Shown one piece after another: positions 48,757-56,765 of a stretch of DNA of 64,000 nt (its first letter is position 1; each line of letters opens with the position of its first letter). The translations under genes were made by a program, and so were the position numbers. The stretch is from a virus. The notes under the pieces were generated by a model. It was not told the origin of the DNA, made no database searches, and was given only the letters and a program-made list of their open reading frames with translations. The DNA is taken from the IMG/VR virus record IMGVR_UViG_3300029049_000006. One strand, 5' to 3'.

Positions 48757-49201
48757 AAAAAAATATGTGCCGAATCCTGATTTAATTTTTCCCGATACGC
48801 AGGATGAATATCTGTTCAGATTCCGGGAAGCCTCAATGGCTCACAAGGCTATCCATTTTGAGATAACCGGATATCCGGGGGATTCAAGGGCATTTTTGTA
48901 CAAAGTCCACCACCTCGACGGTACTTGCATGGAGCACCGCTGCCCCAACAGGCGGGCAGTTAGCCGCCTGTCCGCTTATGACGATTTGTTCTCAATATAC
49001 TGCAACCGGAAATTTTGGTTGTACGTCAAAGACTACGTTGACCCCAAGTGGTTCCGCTCCATGAGCACGATTTTATTTCTGGCCGCAAAAAAAGGGCATC
49101 GGATGCGCCGGGAAGATTTGATTCATAAAGTGTTTTTGGAGGGCTACTGCTACGACCCGGATGTCGATTACGACGGGTTGACGGTGGCTTTATTTTCCTG
49201 A
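48734..49201 (+). CDS. hypothetical protein
   Basis: ATG 48734 in frame of ORF 48617..49201. Confidence 0.35.
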   Translation: MTIPLFRKKKYVPNPDLIFPDTQDEYLFRFREASMAHKAIHFEITGYPGDSRAFLYKVHHLDGTCMEHRCPNRRAVSRLSAYDDLFSIYCNRKFWLYVKDYVDPKWFRSMSTILFLAAKKGHRMRREDLIHKVFLEGYCYDPDVDYDGLTVALFS

Positions 49202-49216
49202 TAGACTTCCCGGCAT

Positions 49217-50071
49217 ATGGCAACTGATAATGATGACGAGTTTTCCGGTTTTTTCGGGGACGATTCCGGCGGATTTTTCGATGAACCCCAGGAACCTTCC
49301 AGCGCCCCAGATACCCCGGAATCACAGGAGGAAGCCCCGCCGGAGGAACCTGACGAAGACGAGGATGACGGGGAACTTAATGAGCTTGCCGGGACTGGCG
49401 CCGGAACGGTCGCACGCCTGAACCCGGAGATTCGACATCAGATTATGGCCCAGGCCAATTCCCGCGCCTGGACGCGCCATGAACGCCATGTTGTCATGCG
49501 CCGGGCCATGTCGGCGGGAAAGCTGGAAGAGATTATTGACTGGTACCCGCGTTCCGGACAGAGCATCCACATTTTATCTTGTGGGGAGGTAGATTTGTTT
49601 TCCTACTTGCATTTCATGCTCCGTCAACGCCCCTATGCCTACATTTTGCTTTCGACATTCAGCCTCGGCTACATGGAAATTCGCAACCTGCACGAGTATC
49701 TGGAAAAAGGAGTGATTGGCCGCCTGGATGTGTATGCCGGAAGCATTTTCCGCAACCGGACTATCCGGACGCGGGAATATGATGCGCTGGTTGCCCTGCA
49801 CCAGAGATTTCCGCATTGTTTTTGCGGTCTGGCAAATGTCCACGCGAAAGTCATTGCCGGGATTGACCGGGACAATGGGGAAGGCGACTTTGTTGTAGAG
49901 GCCAGTGCTAATGCCAACCTGAATTTCCGCGTTGAGCAGGCTTGTCTGACGATGGACACCGATTTGGCGCTTTTTTACAAGGAGGCGTTTGACGGCGTGG
50001 ATTGCCCGCAGGATGCCCAGTATTTTAAGGATGTGAGGCGGACTCCGTGGGTGGTTGACCGGAAAAGCTGA
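49217..50071 (+). CDS. hypothetical protein with acidic N-terminus
   Basis: 284 aa. Confidence 0.4.
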   Translation: MATDNDDEFSGFFGDDSGGFFDEPQEPSSAPDTPESQEEAPPEEPDEDEDDGELNELAGTGAGTVARLNPEIRHQIMAQANSRAWTRHERHVVMRRAMSAGKLEEIIDWYPRSGQSIHILSCGEVDLFSYLHFMLRQRPYAYILLSTFSLGYMEIRNLHEYLEKGVIGRLDVYAGSIFRNRTIRTREYDALVALHQRFPHCFCGLANVHAKVIAGIDRDNGEGDFVVEASANANLNFRVEQACLTMDTDLALFYKEAFDGVDCPQDAQYFKDVRRTPWVVDRKS

Positions 50072-50206
50072 TTTGCAATCATTGCAAATTTTTCCCGGCA
50101 ATCCTGATTTTTTCTCTTGCAATTTGTCAAAAAGAATGCTAACTTATATTCATCAAAGGGAGATAAAACCTTAAAAATAAAAAACCTAAAAACCTGTTAG
50201 AATAAG
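50071..50206 (+). promoter_or_regulatory. palindrome plus promoter plus leader cassette
   Basis: ATTTGCAATCATTGCAAATT abutting stop 50069-50071; TCTTGCAATTTGTCAAAAAGAATGCTAACTTATATTC; degenerate hairpin; ATG 50207. Confidence 0.6.
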
Positions 50207-50479
50207 ATGACCGGAATTACACTGCAAGACGGAGTTTCAGAAATCAATAAGTATTTTCAGAAGTATTGCCGCCCCAGTAAGGTGCGTAACGCTTCTCTTA
50301 TTTCTCAGCATTCCGTAATGATAAAGGCAGACCCCAGTGACATCAAAGACGATTCCAGCTGTGATAAGGCCCTCCGCCATTTGAAGCAGCTCGTGCAGGA
50401 CATGACCTGCATGGAGGTGGAATCCGTGGATATTGACCGCTATTCCAGCGGGTACGAGTTCACTTTTACCTTGCGTTGA
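50207..50479 (+). CDS. hypothetical protein
   Basis: 90 aa. Confidence 0.4.
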   Translation: MTGITLQDGVSEINKYFQKYCRPSKVRNASLISQHSVMIKADPSDIKDDSSCDKALRHLKQLVQDMTCMEVESVDIDRYSSGYEFTFTLR

Positions 50480-50538
50480 TTTTTGCATTGCGGAGGGGGG
50501 AACAATCCCCCTCCGAGAATAAAAATCTGACAGCAACT

Positions 50539-50760
50539 ATGGAGCCGCAGCGGGACAGGGACGGGTACTGGCGCAGTTTATCGGAATCTATCAATAAAAT
50601 TGCGGAAGACTACCGGCTATCCAGTGCCGAGCTTGCACAGAGCGCGATTGCTTTTCACCGCGCCGCGCAGCAGCTGCTGGAACTGCGGAAAAAGTCAAGC
50701 AATCCTCCCAAGTCTCCGGAAGTAATAGTACGCCGGGTTCCGCGTAAATTCCGCGGCTAA
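50539..50760 (+). CDS. hypothetical small protein
   Basis: ATG 50539 in frame of ORF 50476..50760. Confidence 0.3.
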   Translation: MEPQRDRDGYWRSLSESINKIAEDYRLSSAELAQSAIAFHRAAQQLLELRKKSSNPPKSPEVIVRRVPRKFRG

Positions 50761-50791
50761 ATGACAATTTTTTTTTAACAAAAATATACAT

Positions 50792-51124
50792 ATGGAAGAC
50801 GAGCCGAAAATTGCATCACCAAGAAAAATTAAACCGGTGTTCCGGAAATGGGGATTTGACTACCGCCTAATCCGAAGGCAGGGGAATGTGGTCTTGTACG
50901 AGCAGAAATCCAAATACGGGAATATCATATCGTATGAGGTCATGCGCGTCCAAACGGTCAAGTCCCCCACGGAGTTTCATCAGGTCGGCGACGAGTACCT
51001 TCCCGGAACCAACTCCTGGGGAACTCTGGGCTGGACACTCGGCACGCTGAAAGATGCTGAAAAGCGTTTTGCCGAAATAGTGTACCGGTATGAGCCTTCC
51101 GAGGTAAAAATCTCAAGACGCTAG
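50792..51124 (+). CDS. hypothetical protein
   Basis: 110 aa. Confidence 0.4.
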   Translation: MEDEPKIASPRKIKPVFRKWGFDYRLIRRQGNVVLYEQKSKYGNIISYEVMRVQTVKSPTEFHQVGDEYLPGTNSWGTLGWTLGTLKDAEKRFAEIVYRYEPSEVKISRR

Positions 51125-51144
51125 CGCGGGCTGGCTACCGACTG

Positions 51145-51318
51145 ATGTTTCTGCAGTTTTTAGCTTCCGGGGCCGTGACAGTTCTAGGCGCTCAAATGTT
51201 GCTTTGCACCTTTTCCTGCATCAGACACCGGATGCTGGTTGGAGCAATCCTTAACTGGCTGGCGGGCATTGCGCTGATTAAATGCGGGTATTATTTATTA
51301 CTGGATATTTTCATGTAG
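51145..51318 (+). CDS. hypothetical 57-aa membrane peptide
   Basis: MFLQFLASGAVTVLGAQMLLCTFSCIRHRMLVGAILNWLAGIALIKCGYYLLLDIFM; below ORF-track cutoff. Confidence 0.25.
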   Translation: MFLQFLASGAVTVLGAQMLLCTFSCIRHRMLVGAILNWLAGIALIKCGYYLLLDIFM

Positions 51319-51319
51319 T

Positions 51320-51437
51320 TAAAAAATTATTTTTTGTGTTTTTTATCTTGCAATTTCTGAAAAATAATACTAAAGTACATTCATCGGGGGGGAGAGAAAA
51401 ACCCTGAGAATAAAAACCTGAAATATAATAAAACACG
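51320..51437 (+). promoter_or_regulatory. promoter plus leader cassette without palindrome
   Basis: TCTTGCAATTTCTGAAAAATAATACTAAAGTACATTCATCGGGGGGGAGAGAAAAACCCTGAGAATAAAAACC; ATG 51438. Confidence 0.55.
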
Positions 51438-51821
51438 ATGAGCAACAATTATTGTTTAAAAGCTTCCGGCAAGCAGATTGTCGAACTCGCGCGGTTAATG
51501 GATGTGCATTCCAGACGCACCGGATTTGATGAGCCGATATTGTACCTGGGAGATGCCTGCCGCCTGGAACCCATTCCCTACTCCAAAGTGTATGCGACTT
51601 GCGACACGCCCCGGATATTTTCCGCATGTCTGGTGGATGAATCCAGCTCCCATGACCTGATGGAGCTGACTGACCTGTTTGGTGTGGTAGGCTTGTTCCC
51701 TCATCACCCCCGGCTGCTTCCGTCTTATTTCAGCACGCAAAAATTAAAGTTCTGCGGGGAATATGTCTCCGTATATTGCGCGTATATTTACGTTCCTGAA
51801 CATCCTGATTTTTTGCAATGA
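51438..51821 (+). CDS. hypothetical protein
   Basis: 127 aa; stop codon lies inside palindrome. Confidence 0.4.
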   Translation: MSNNYCLKASGKQIVELARLMDVHSRRTGFDEPILYLGDACRLEPIPYSKVYATCDTPRIFSACLVDESSSHDLMELTDLFGVVGLFPHHPRLLPSYFSTQKLKFCGEYVSVYCAYIYVPEHPDFLQ

Positions 51822-51831
51822 TTGCAAATTC
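51811..51831. promoter_or_regulatory. 21-bp palindrome copy
   Basis: TTTTGCAATGATTGCAAATTC. Confidence 0.75.
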
Positions 51832-51866
51832 AAAAACTTTTTTATCAATTACAATAATTTAATTTT

Positions 51867-52934
51867 ATGAAGTTCTACACGAAAATCCCTAAGAATCCTT
51901 CCAACGTTTCCCACACCTCTTCCCTTACAGGCGAATATCAGGAATATCTTAAACACGGGTTTATTTACGATAAACTTCCAGCTTACAAACCAAAGCGAAA
52001 AACGATGTTCCAGGCGCTTTCTTCCATAGCAGGGCTGAAAGCTACCCGGAATCCGGGCTACTTTTCTCCGGTAGTGCATAACAATATCGCTTACGCTACA
52101 AACGGTTGTATTCTGGTCTGGATAGACTTGTCCCTGGTGGACGAGGCGGAAAGAATGGATGAAGGCATTCATTTTAATTCGACATTGTGGACAGGAGACC
52201 TGGACAAAACGGAAATGGTGGAAGCTTCCATTCGCCGGCTGGCGGAATCCAGCTGGGGCGAGTTTAAACAGCTGCTGGAAAAATCCGGGGAAGCCGATTA
52301 CGTCACACGGCAATTCCGCATTGAGCATATGCCGGTGCTGAAAAAAGCCGGGCAAAGTTTTTATTGTCTGGATGCGGGTACACAGGCAGTTTGGGCCGCA
52401 GTCAATATTCCGGTGTGCCCGATTGTCCACGTATCAAGTGCGTCCCTATACACGTGGATGGATGCCGTTTATTCCCTGATGCCGGAAAAACAGTTTCCCG
52501 CCATTACCGCGCACCTGTCCGTTCCGAAGGAATCCGGGCGGAAAAATAGCATCTATCTATCTGTGGAAGGGTTTGAATACAACCGGCTTGGCGCCTTCGT
52601 TTATGGTACTGACCATTTTCCGGAAAGGCTGACCTACCTATGGACTGACCCGGATGCGGACCCCAAAGCCGGAGGGCTGACTTTGCCGATACAAAAAGAC
52701 CCGGAGAACGATGGCCCAAGATGGAGTGAAGCGCGTCTTGTCCCTGTACATGACCCGACGGACCGTTCCATGATTATTTCCGTGCCGGGAAGAGTAAGTG
52801 ATTGCGTCCAGGTAAAAGGAAACAATGGAGGCCCGGAACTGCATTTTTACTGTGATGAGCGTTCTATGCGCCGGTTTTATCAGTCTTTAGGGGAATACTT
52901 TAGCCGACGGGACGCGGGAAAAAGTGAATCATAA
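51867..52934 (+). CDS. hypothetical protein
   Basis: 355 aa. Confidence 0.45.
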   Translation: MKFYTKIPKNPSNVSHTSSLTGEYQEYLKHGFIYDKLPAYKPKRKTMFQALSSIAGLKATRNPGYFSPVVHNNIAYATNGCILVWIDLSLVDEAERMDEGIHFNSTLWTGDLDKTEMVEASIRRLAESSWGEFKQLLEKSGEADYVTRQFRIEHMPVLKKAGQSFYCLDAGTQAVWAAVNIPVCPIVHVSSASLYTWMDAVYSLMPEKQFPAITAHLSVPKESGRKNSIYLSVEGFEYNRLGAFVYGTDHFPERLTYLWTDPDADPKAGGLTLPIQKDPENDGPRWSEARLVPVHDPTDRSMIISVPGRVSDCVQVKGNNGGPELHFYCDERSMRRFYQSLGEYFSRRDAGKSES

Positions 52935-53006
52935 ATAGCCGCAAGGGAACTCCGGGGAAATAATCTTCCCCGGAGCTTTTTTATTCCTCCCCCGATTTCC
53001 TTTTCC

Positions 53007-53144
53007 AATTTGCAACGATTGCAAATTTTTTTCTCAAAAAAGATTTTTTTCTCTTGCAATTTCTAAAAAAGAATGATAAATTACATTCATCAAAGGGAGG
53101 GAATCCCTGAGAGAAAAAAACAAAAAACCTAAATTACTGATACC
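53007..53144 (+). promoter_or_regulatory. palindrome (1 mismatch) plus promoter plus structured-leader cassette
   Basis: AATTTGCAACGATTGCAAATT; cassette as 44485; hairpin AGGGA-gggaa-TCCCT; ATG 53145. Confidence 0.65.
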
Positions 53145-53405
53145 ATGAATGCTAAAACCAAAACCAAAACGACAATGTACAAATGGACTGCTTGCAACCC
53201 TTACAGCTACCTCAATGGAGTTGTAGAAGCCCGCACTTTGCTTGGAGCTGTCCGGGCGGGGCGTAAGTATGTGGAAGATGAACTTGGCGGCGAGGGAGAA
53301 ATCCGCATCTGGGAAAGCATTGACGGAGGCCGCACATGGAAGCTGGTGAGGACGGATGAGAAAGGCATCTTTTCCATGACTGGATGGGCAGTTCGGCACG
53401 AGTAA
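53145..53405 (+). CDS. hypothetical protein
   Basis: 86 aa. Confidence 0.4.
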   Translation: MNAKTKTKTTMYKWTACNPYSYLNGVVEARTLLGAVRAGRKYVEDELGGEGEIRIWESIDGGRTWKLVRTDEKGIFSMTGWAVRHE

Positions 53406-53484
53406 TCGTGCCTTTCCCCCCCCCTATTTTTAATTAACCAAGCAAAAAGATATACCAAACAAAAAAAACGAAAGGAACTGAAAC

Positions 53485-53634
53485 ATGTATAAAATGTGCC
53501 GTGATTGCAGTTGGAGAGACCAGGAAGACGGCTGTTGCTGGAATTCGCGAAGCTTTCGATACCTTACCGAAGTGGACGAAGATGAGGAAATCTGCGGAGA
53601 ATACGAACCGGATGAAGAAACCCAGGACGCGTAA
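53485..53634 (+). CDS. hypothetical 49-aa CxxC peptide
   Basis: MYKMCRDCSW...; TAATG overlap with next gene. Confidence 0.3.
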   Translation: MYKMCRDCSWRDQEDGCCWNSRSFRYLTEVDEDEEICGEYEPDEETQDA

Positions 53635-54014
53635 TGGTAATGAAAACTCCTAAATGCTGGATGTGCGGACAAAAGCTGACCACAAACTGGGTACCTTCTG
53701 TGGTGGATTATCACACCGGATGCTACCGCGTTGGATGCCGTCATTGCGGCTGGGCAACTTATCTTACAAGTGCAACGGAGGAACAGGCGATAGATTCCGC
53801 GAAAGAATTCATGGCGAAAATTCCTCCCACCATGCGGGTGCGGGAAGGGGACACCGTCCTCATGCGGTTCGGGGAAGAGGCCAAAAGCGTAAAAATACGA
53901 GCCGTAACTAATACGACCTTATTTGAAACCGATGAAGGAATCGTATCCCCGGACAGCATCGAAAAATGGCCCTGGGAACTTGAAGAAGAGGAAGGGGGAG
54001 AATGGGAAGAATAA
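53634..54014 (+). CDS. zinc-ribbon protein
   Basis: CWMCG ... CRHCGW CxxC pairs; TAATG overlap with next. Confidence 0.4.
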   Translation: MVMKTPKCWMCGQKLTTNWVPSVVDYHTGCYRVGCRHCGWATYLTSATEEQAIDSAKEFMAKIPPTMRVREGDTVLMRFGEEAKSVKIRAVTNTTLFETDEGIVSPDSIEKWPWELEEEEGGEWEE

Positions 54015-54268
54015 TGAAACGGAACCCTCACATCATCGTCCAGCAGGTTTGCCCCATGAAAAAAATTGACAATGGGAAATACGAAGTGCAGGCCGCGATT
54101 GTGCACCACAAAGGGATTATCGCCCGATTTCGCATGGAGTACCCCACGAAACGGCATGCCCGGTGGGCGCAGCACCTTATTTGCACGACAAGGAATCATA
54201 CCCGCAGGCGAGCATTTGGTGAATTAAAGGCTATCATTGACGGGAAGGTGGCACATAGTGCTGTTTGA
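54014..54268 (+). CDS. hypothetical protein
   Basis: ATG 54014 in frame of ORF 54002..54268. Confidence 0.3.
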   Translation: MKRNPHIIVQQVCPMKKIDNGKYEVQAAIVHHKGIIARFRMEYPTKRHARWAQHLICTTRNHTRRRAFGELKAIIDGKVAHSAV

Positions 54269-54309
54269 CCTTGCACAGCTTATAATTTTAAAACAGAGAA
54301 AAGAAGAAA

Positions 54310-54630
54310 ATGAAACTGACGCCTGAACAGAAAGTATTTATCGAATACGGAAAAGCAAAGAAAGCTCTTGAGATAGCTAAAAAGCAATTAGCGAAAGAAA
54401 TGCGCCGGTATTTATCCCGGCATCAGGCGCGGGATTATAATAATATTGATATTTTAATCCGGGATGTCTGGCGGAAGCGTGCCGCGTGCAGGGACTGGGT
54501 GGCAGTCCCTCTGGCGAATCGTAATTGTGAGAATTGCGCTAATAGCGTAGTTAATCCGATTCCGGAAGTTTGCAAGATTTGCATGATGACTAACTTTTCC
54601 GGCTGGGAACCTATAAAATGGAATAAATAA
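54310..54630 (+). CDS. zinc-ribbon protein, tandem paralog 1
   Basis: N-terminal TPEQ..F.EYGKA; C..W...P...R.C..C-x11-C..C; ends WEP. Confidence 0.5.
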   Translation: MKLTPEQKVFIEYGKAKKALEIAKKQLAKEMRRYLSRHQARDYNNIDILIRDVWRKRAACRDWVAVPLANRNCENCANSVVNPIPEVCKICMMTNFSGWEPIKWNK

Positions 54631-54631
54631 A

Positions 54632-54982
54632 ATGACACCTGAGCAAGAAACATATAAAGAATATGGAAGGGCGCAAGAAGCCCTTCATCAGACAATCAAG
54701 GAGATAAAAAAAGAATCCTTTTTTACTTTTGGGAAGCCATATTGCAAGCTTACGAAGTTGGAAAGGGAGAGTATATCCCATGCTTTGGGTTTATGCGATA
54801 AAGTCCGCTATGTCCGCAAAATGCGTACCGCATGCCGGACATGGGCATTCACGCCCATGAACAAACGCTATTGTGATGACTGTCGATATTACTGCACATC
54901 CGTCTCGGATGGCCCCTGCAGAGAATGTTGCCGGCGGCTGGAACCTGTAAATTGGGAACCTAGAAAGGAGAACAAAAACTAA
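54632..54982 (+). CDS. zinc-ribbon protein, tandem paralog 2
   Basis: Same architecture; starts 2 nt after paralog 1 stop. Confidence 0.5.
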   Translation: MTPEQETYKEYGRAQEALHQTIKEIKKESFFTFGKPYCKLTKLERESISHALGLCDKVRYVRKMRTACRTWAFTPMNKRYCDDCRYYCTSVSDGPCRECCRRLEPVNWEPRKENKN

Positions 54983-55353
54983 TGAAAATGACACCTGAAC
55001 AAAGAGCCTTTTTTGAGTATGGGAAAGTACAAGGAGTTGTCGAAGATACGGAAATCGAGATTAACCTTGCCTCCCCTAAAGGGGGTATGCCGCCTATAAC
55101 GTTTAATAAGGAGTTTTCTTTAAAAGAGGGCAAAAAACTAGCCGAGAAAAAACAGGAGATATGTCTGGGCTGGGCAATTCCATACCGCAAAAGGCGGTGC
55201 GTAAACTGCCTGCACCGGAAAACGCGTTCATGTGACCCTCCATGTGATTTGTGCTTCCGTAATGTTAAAGGCGGCTTATTCGACTGTTCGGACAGGGAGG
55301 GTAAAGAAGAATATGGGGATTTCTGGGAGCCGGAAACCGGGAAGGAAGAATAA
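54982..55353 (+). CDS. zinc-ribbon protein, tandem paralog 3
   Basis: Same architecture; TAATGA junction. Confidence 0.5.
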   Translation: MKMTPEQRAFFEYGKVQGVVEDTEIEINLASPKGGMPPITFNKEFSLKEGKKLAEKKQEICLGWAIPYRKRRCVNCLHRKTRSCDPPCDLCFRNVKGGLFDCSDREGKEEYGDFWEPETGKEE

Positions 55354-55354
55354 A

Positions 55355-55468
55355 ATGATTGATGCAATCTCCAATATGCTGGGCATGGCTCTCATATTTA
55401 CCATAGCGTACTTGTCTTATTTAATCGGCAGGCAGGACGCTGGCAAAAATGAAAAAAGAAAGAAATGA
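55355..55468 (+). CDS. hypothetical 37-aa membrane peptide
   Basis: MIDAISNMLGMALIFTIAYLSYLIGRQDAGKNEKRKK. Confidence 0.25.
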   Translation: MIDAISNMLGMALIFTIAYLSYLIGRQDAGKNEKRKK

Positions 55469-55842
55469 AAAAGACTACTGAACAAACAGCCTTTTATTGG
55501 TACGGATTTTATAAAGCCTGCCTGAAATTAAAAATTAAAGAGGCCCGCAATTATGCTGAGTGTGAATACGGGAGGCAATACGGTGAGCTGGCATCAGCGG
55601 GGCGAGAAGAGTGCCTGGTATATGCCGGGGTCAGGTCTTACATTATTCTGACCCGAAGAGCACGCCGCTCATGCCGGTTATTTGGCATACCCAGCGCTGA
55701 ACGGTCATGTGTTAATTGTGCGTATGTCGATTTATTGCATTACCAGCCGCCATGTAATAATTGCCTTCGTTCCCCGTATGCCGTGCATGGAGAAACAACC
55801 GACGATGCCTGGAAGCCGACTGGAAAATGGCAAATTCCATAA
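55465..55842 (+). CDS. zinc-ribbon protein, tandem paralog 4
   Basis: Same architecture; ATGA overlap. Confidence 0.5.
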   Translation: MKKTTEQTAFYWYGFYKACLKLKIKEARNYAECEYGRQYGELASAGREECLVYAGVRSYIILTRRARRSCRLFGIPSAERSCVNCAYVDLLHYQPPCNNCLRSPYAVHGETTDDAWKPTGKWQIP

Positions 55843-55946
55843 CAAGCGGGCTTGATTTTTCAGCCTGTAAACTATAAGCTGGGGCCGTTTCCCCCGGCAG
55901 AAAAAGGGAAAGGGGAACAGGCGTTCTCTCTTTCCTTTTTTCAGGC

Positions 55947-56702
55947 TTGGAATCTGCGTTGGTATTGCCGCAAGCCGCAAGGGGGGATGGAAAGACAGAT
56001 ACCCCCGCCATGCAGGAAGAAAAGCCCAATACACCCGCCAGACCCGCCCCGCACCGAGCCAGGAAAAGACACAGGCCCATTCCCGTGCCGGGTGATTTGC
56101 CGGCCCCTCCGTCCAACAGGATTATCGGCCGTATTGTTTCTGACGACAGCGTCCGGCAAAAAGCCCTGGAAGTTCAGCGGGCGGCACAGGCGCAGAAAAA
56201 GAAGGAAGAACAGGAAGCTTTTTTAACTGCTTACAGGGATTCGTTCGCCCTGCCGCACATTGCCGCGAAAAAATGCCGGATTTCCGTTACCAAGCATAAC
56301 CAGTGGTTCAGCACGGATATGGACTACCGCCGCCGGGCGGAGGAAATCAAGGAATTCTGCGCTGAGCATTTGCAGGCGAAAATGTATAAGAGCGCCCTTG
56401 CCGGTGACGGCCAGATGCTCCGGTATCTGGACCAGCGCCGGATTGCCGCTGAGCAGAGCGCGGCATTGAAGATTGCCGTCGAACACTCCGGAACGGTCGG
56501 ATGTTCATTCACGTCGGAAGAAGACATGAAGGAAAAGACCGGGTTCACTGTGCGTCGCATGGAACATACCCTGAAAATGCTTGCCGACTACGCCCCGGAA
56601 GCGCTGCGGCAGATTCTTGTCGCCCCGAACGAAATACCGGACAAGGCCCCGGACCTCAGAAAAATGGGGAGGAAGCCTTCGGAGAGGCGTAAATCCCTGT
56701 AA
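55947..56702 (+). CDS. putative terminase small subunit
   Basis: HTH-like FLTAYRDSFALPHIAAKKCRISVTKHNQWF immediately upstream of TerL; start uncertain (ATG ~56010 possible). Confidence 0.45.
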   Translation: MESALVLPQAARGDGKTDTPAMQEEKPNTPARPAPHRARKRHRPIPVPGDLPAPPSNRIIGRIVSDDSVRQKALEVQRAAQAQKKKEEQEAFLTAYRDSFALPHIAAKKCRISVTKHNQWFSTDMDYRRRAEEIKEFCAEHLQAKMYKSALAGDGQMLRYLDQRRIAAEQSAALKIAVEHSGTVGCSFTSEEDMKEKTGFTVRRMEHTLKMLADYAPEALRQILVAPNEIPDKAPDLRKMGRKPSERRKSL

Positions 56703-56765
56703 TGGCAGGGCGGGCGTAAGAGCCTCTTTTTTCCTGTTTTCCGTTTTTCATTTTTTCCTTTTTCC

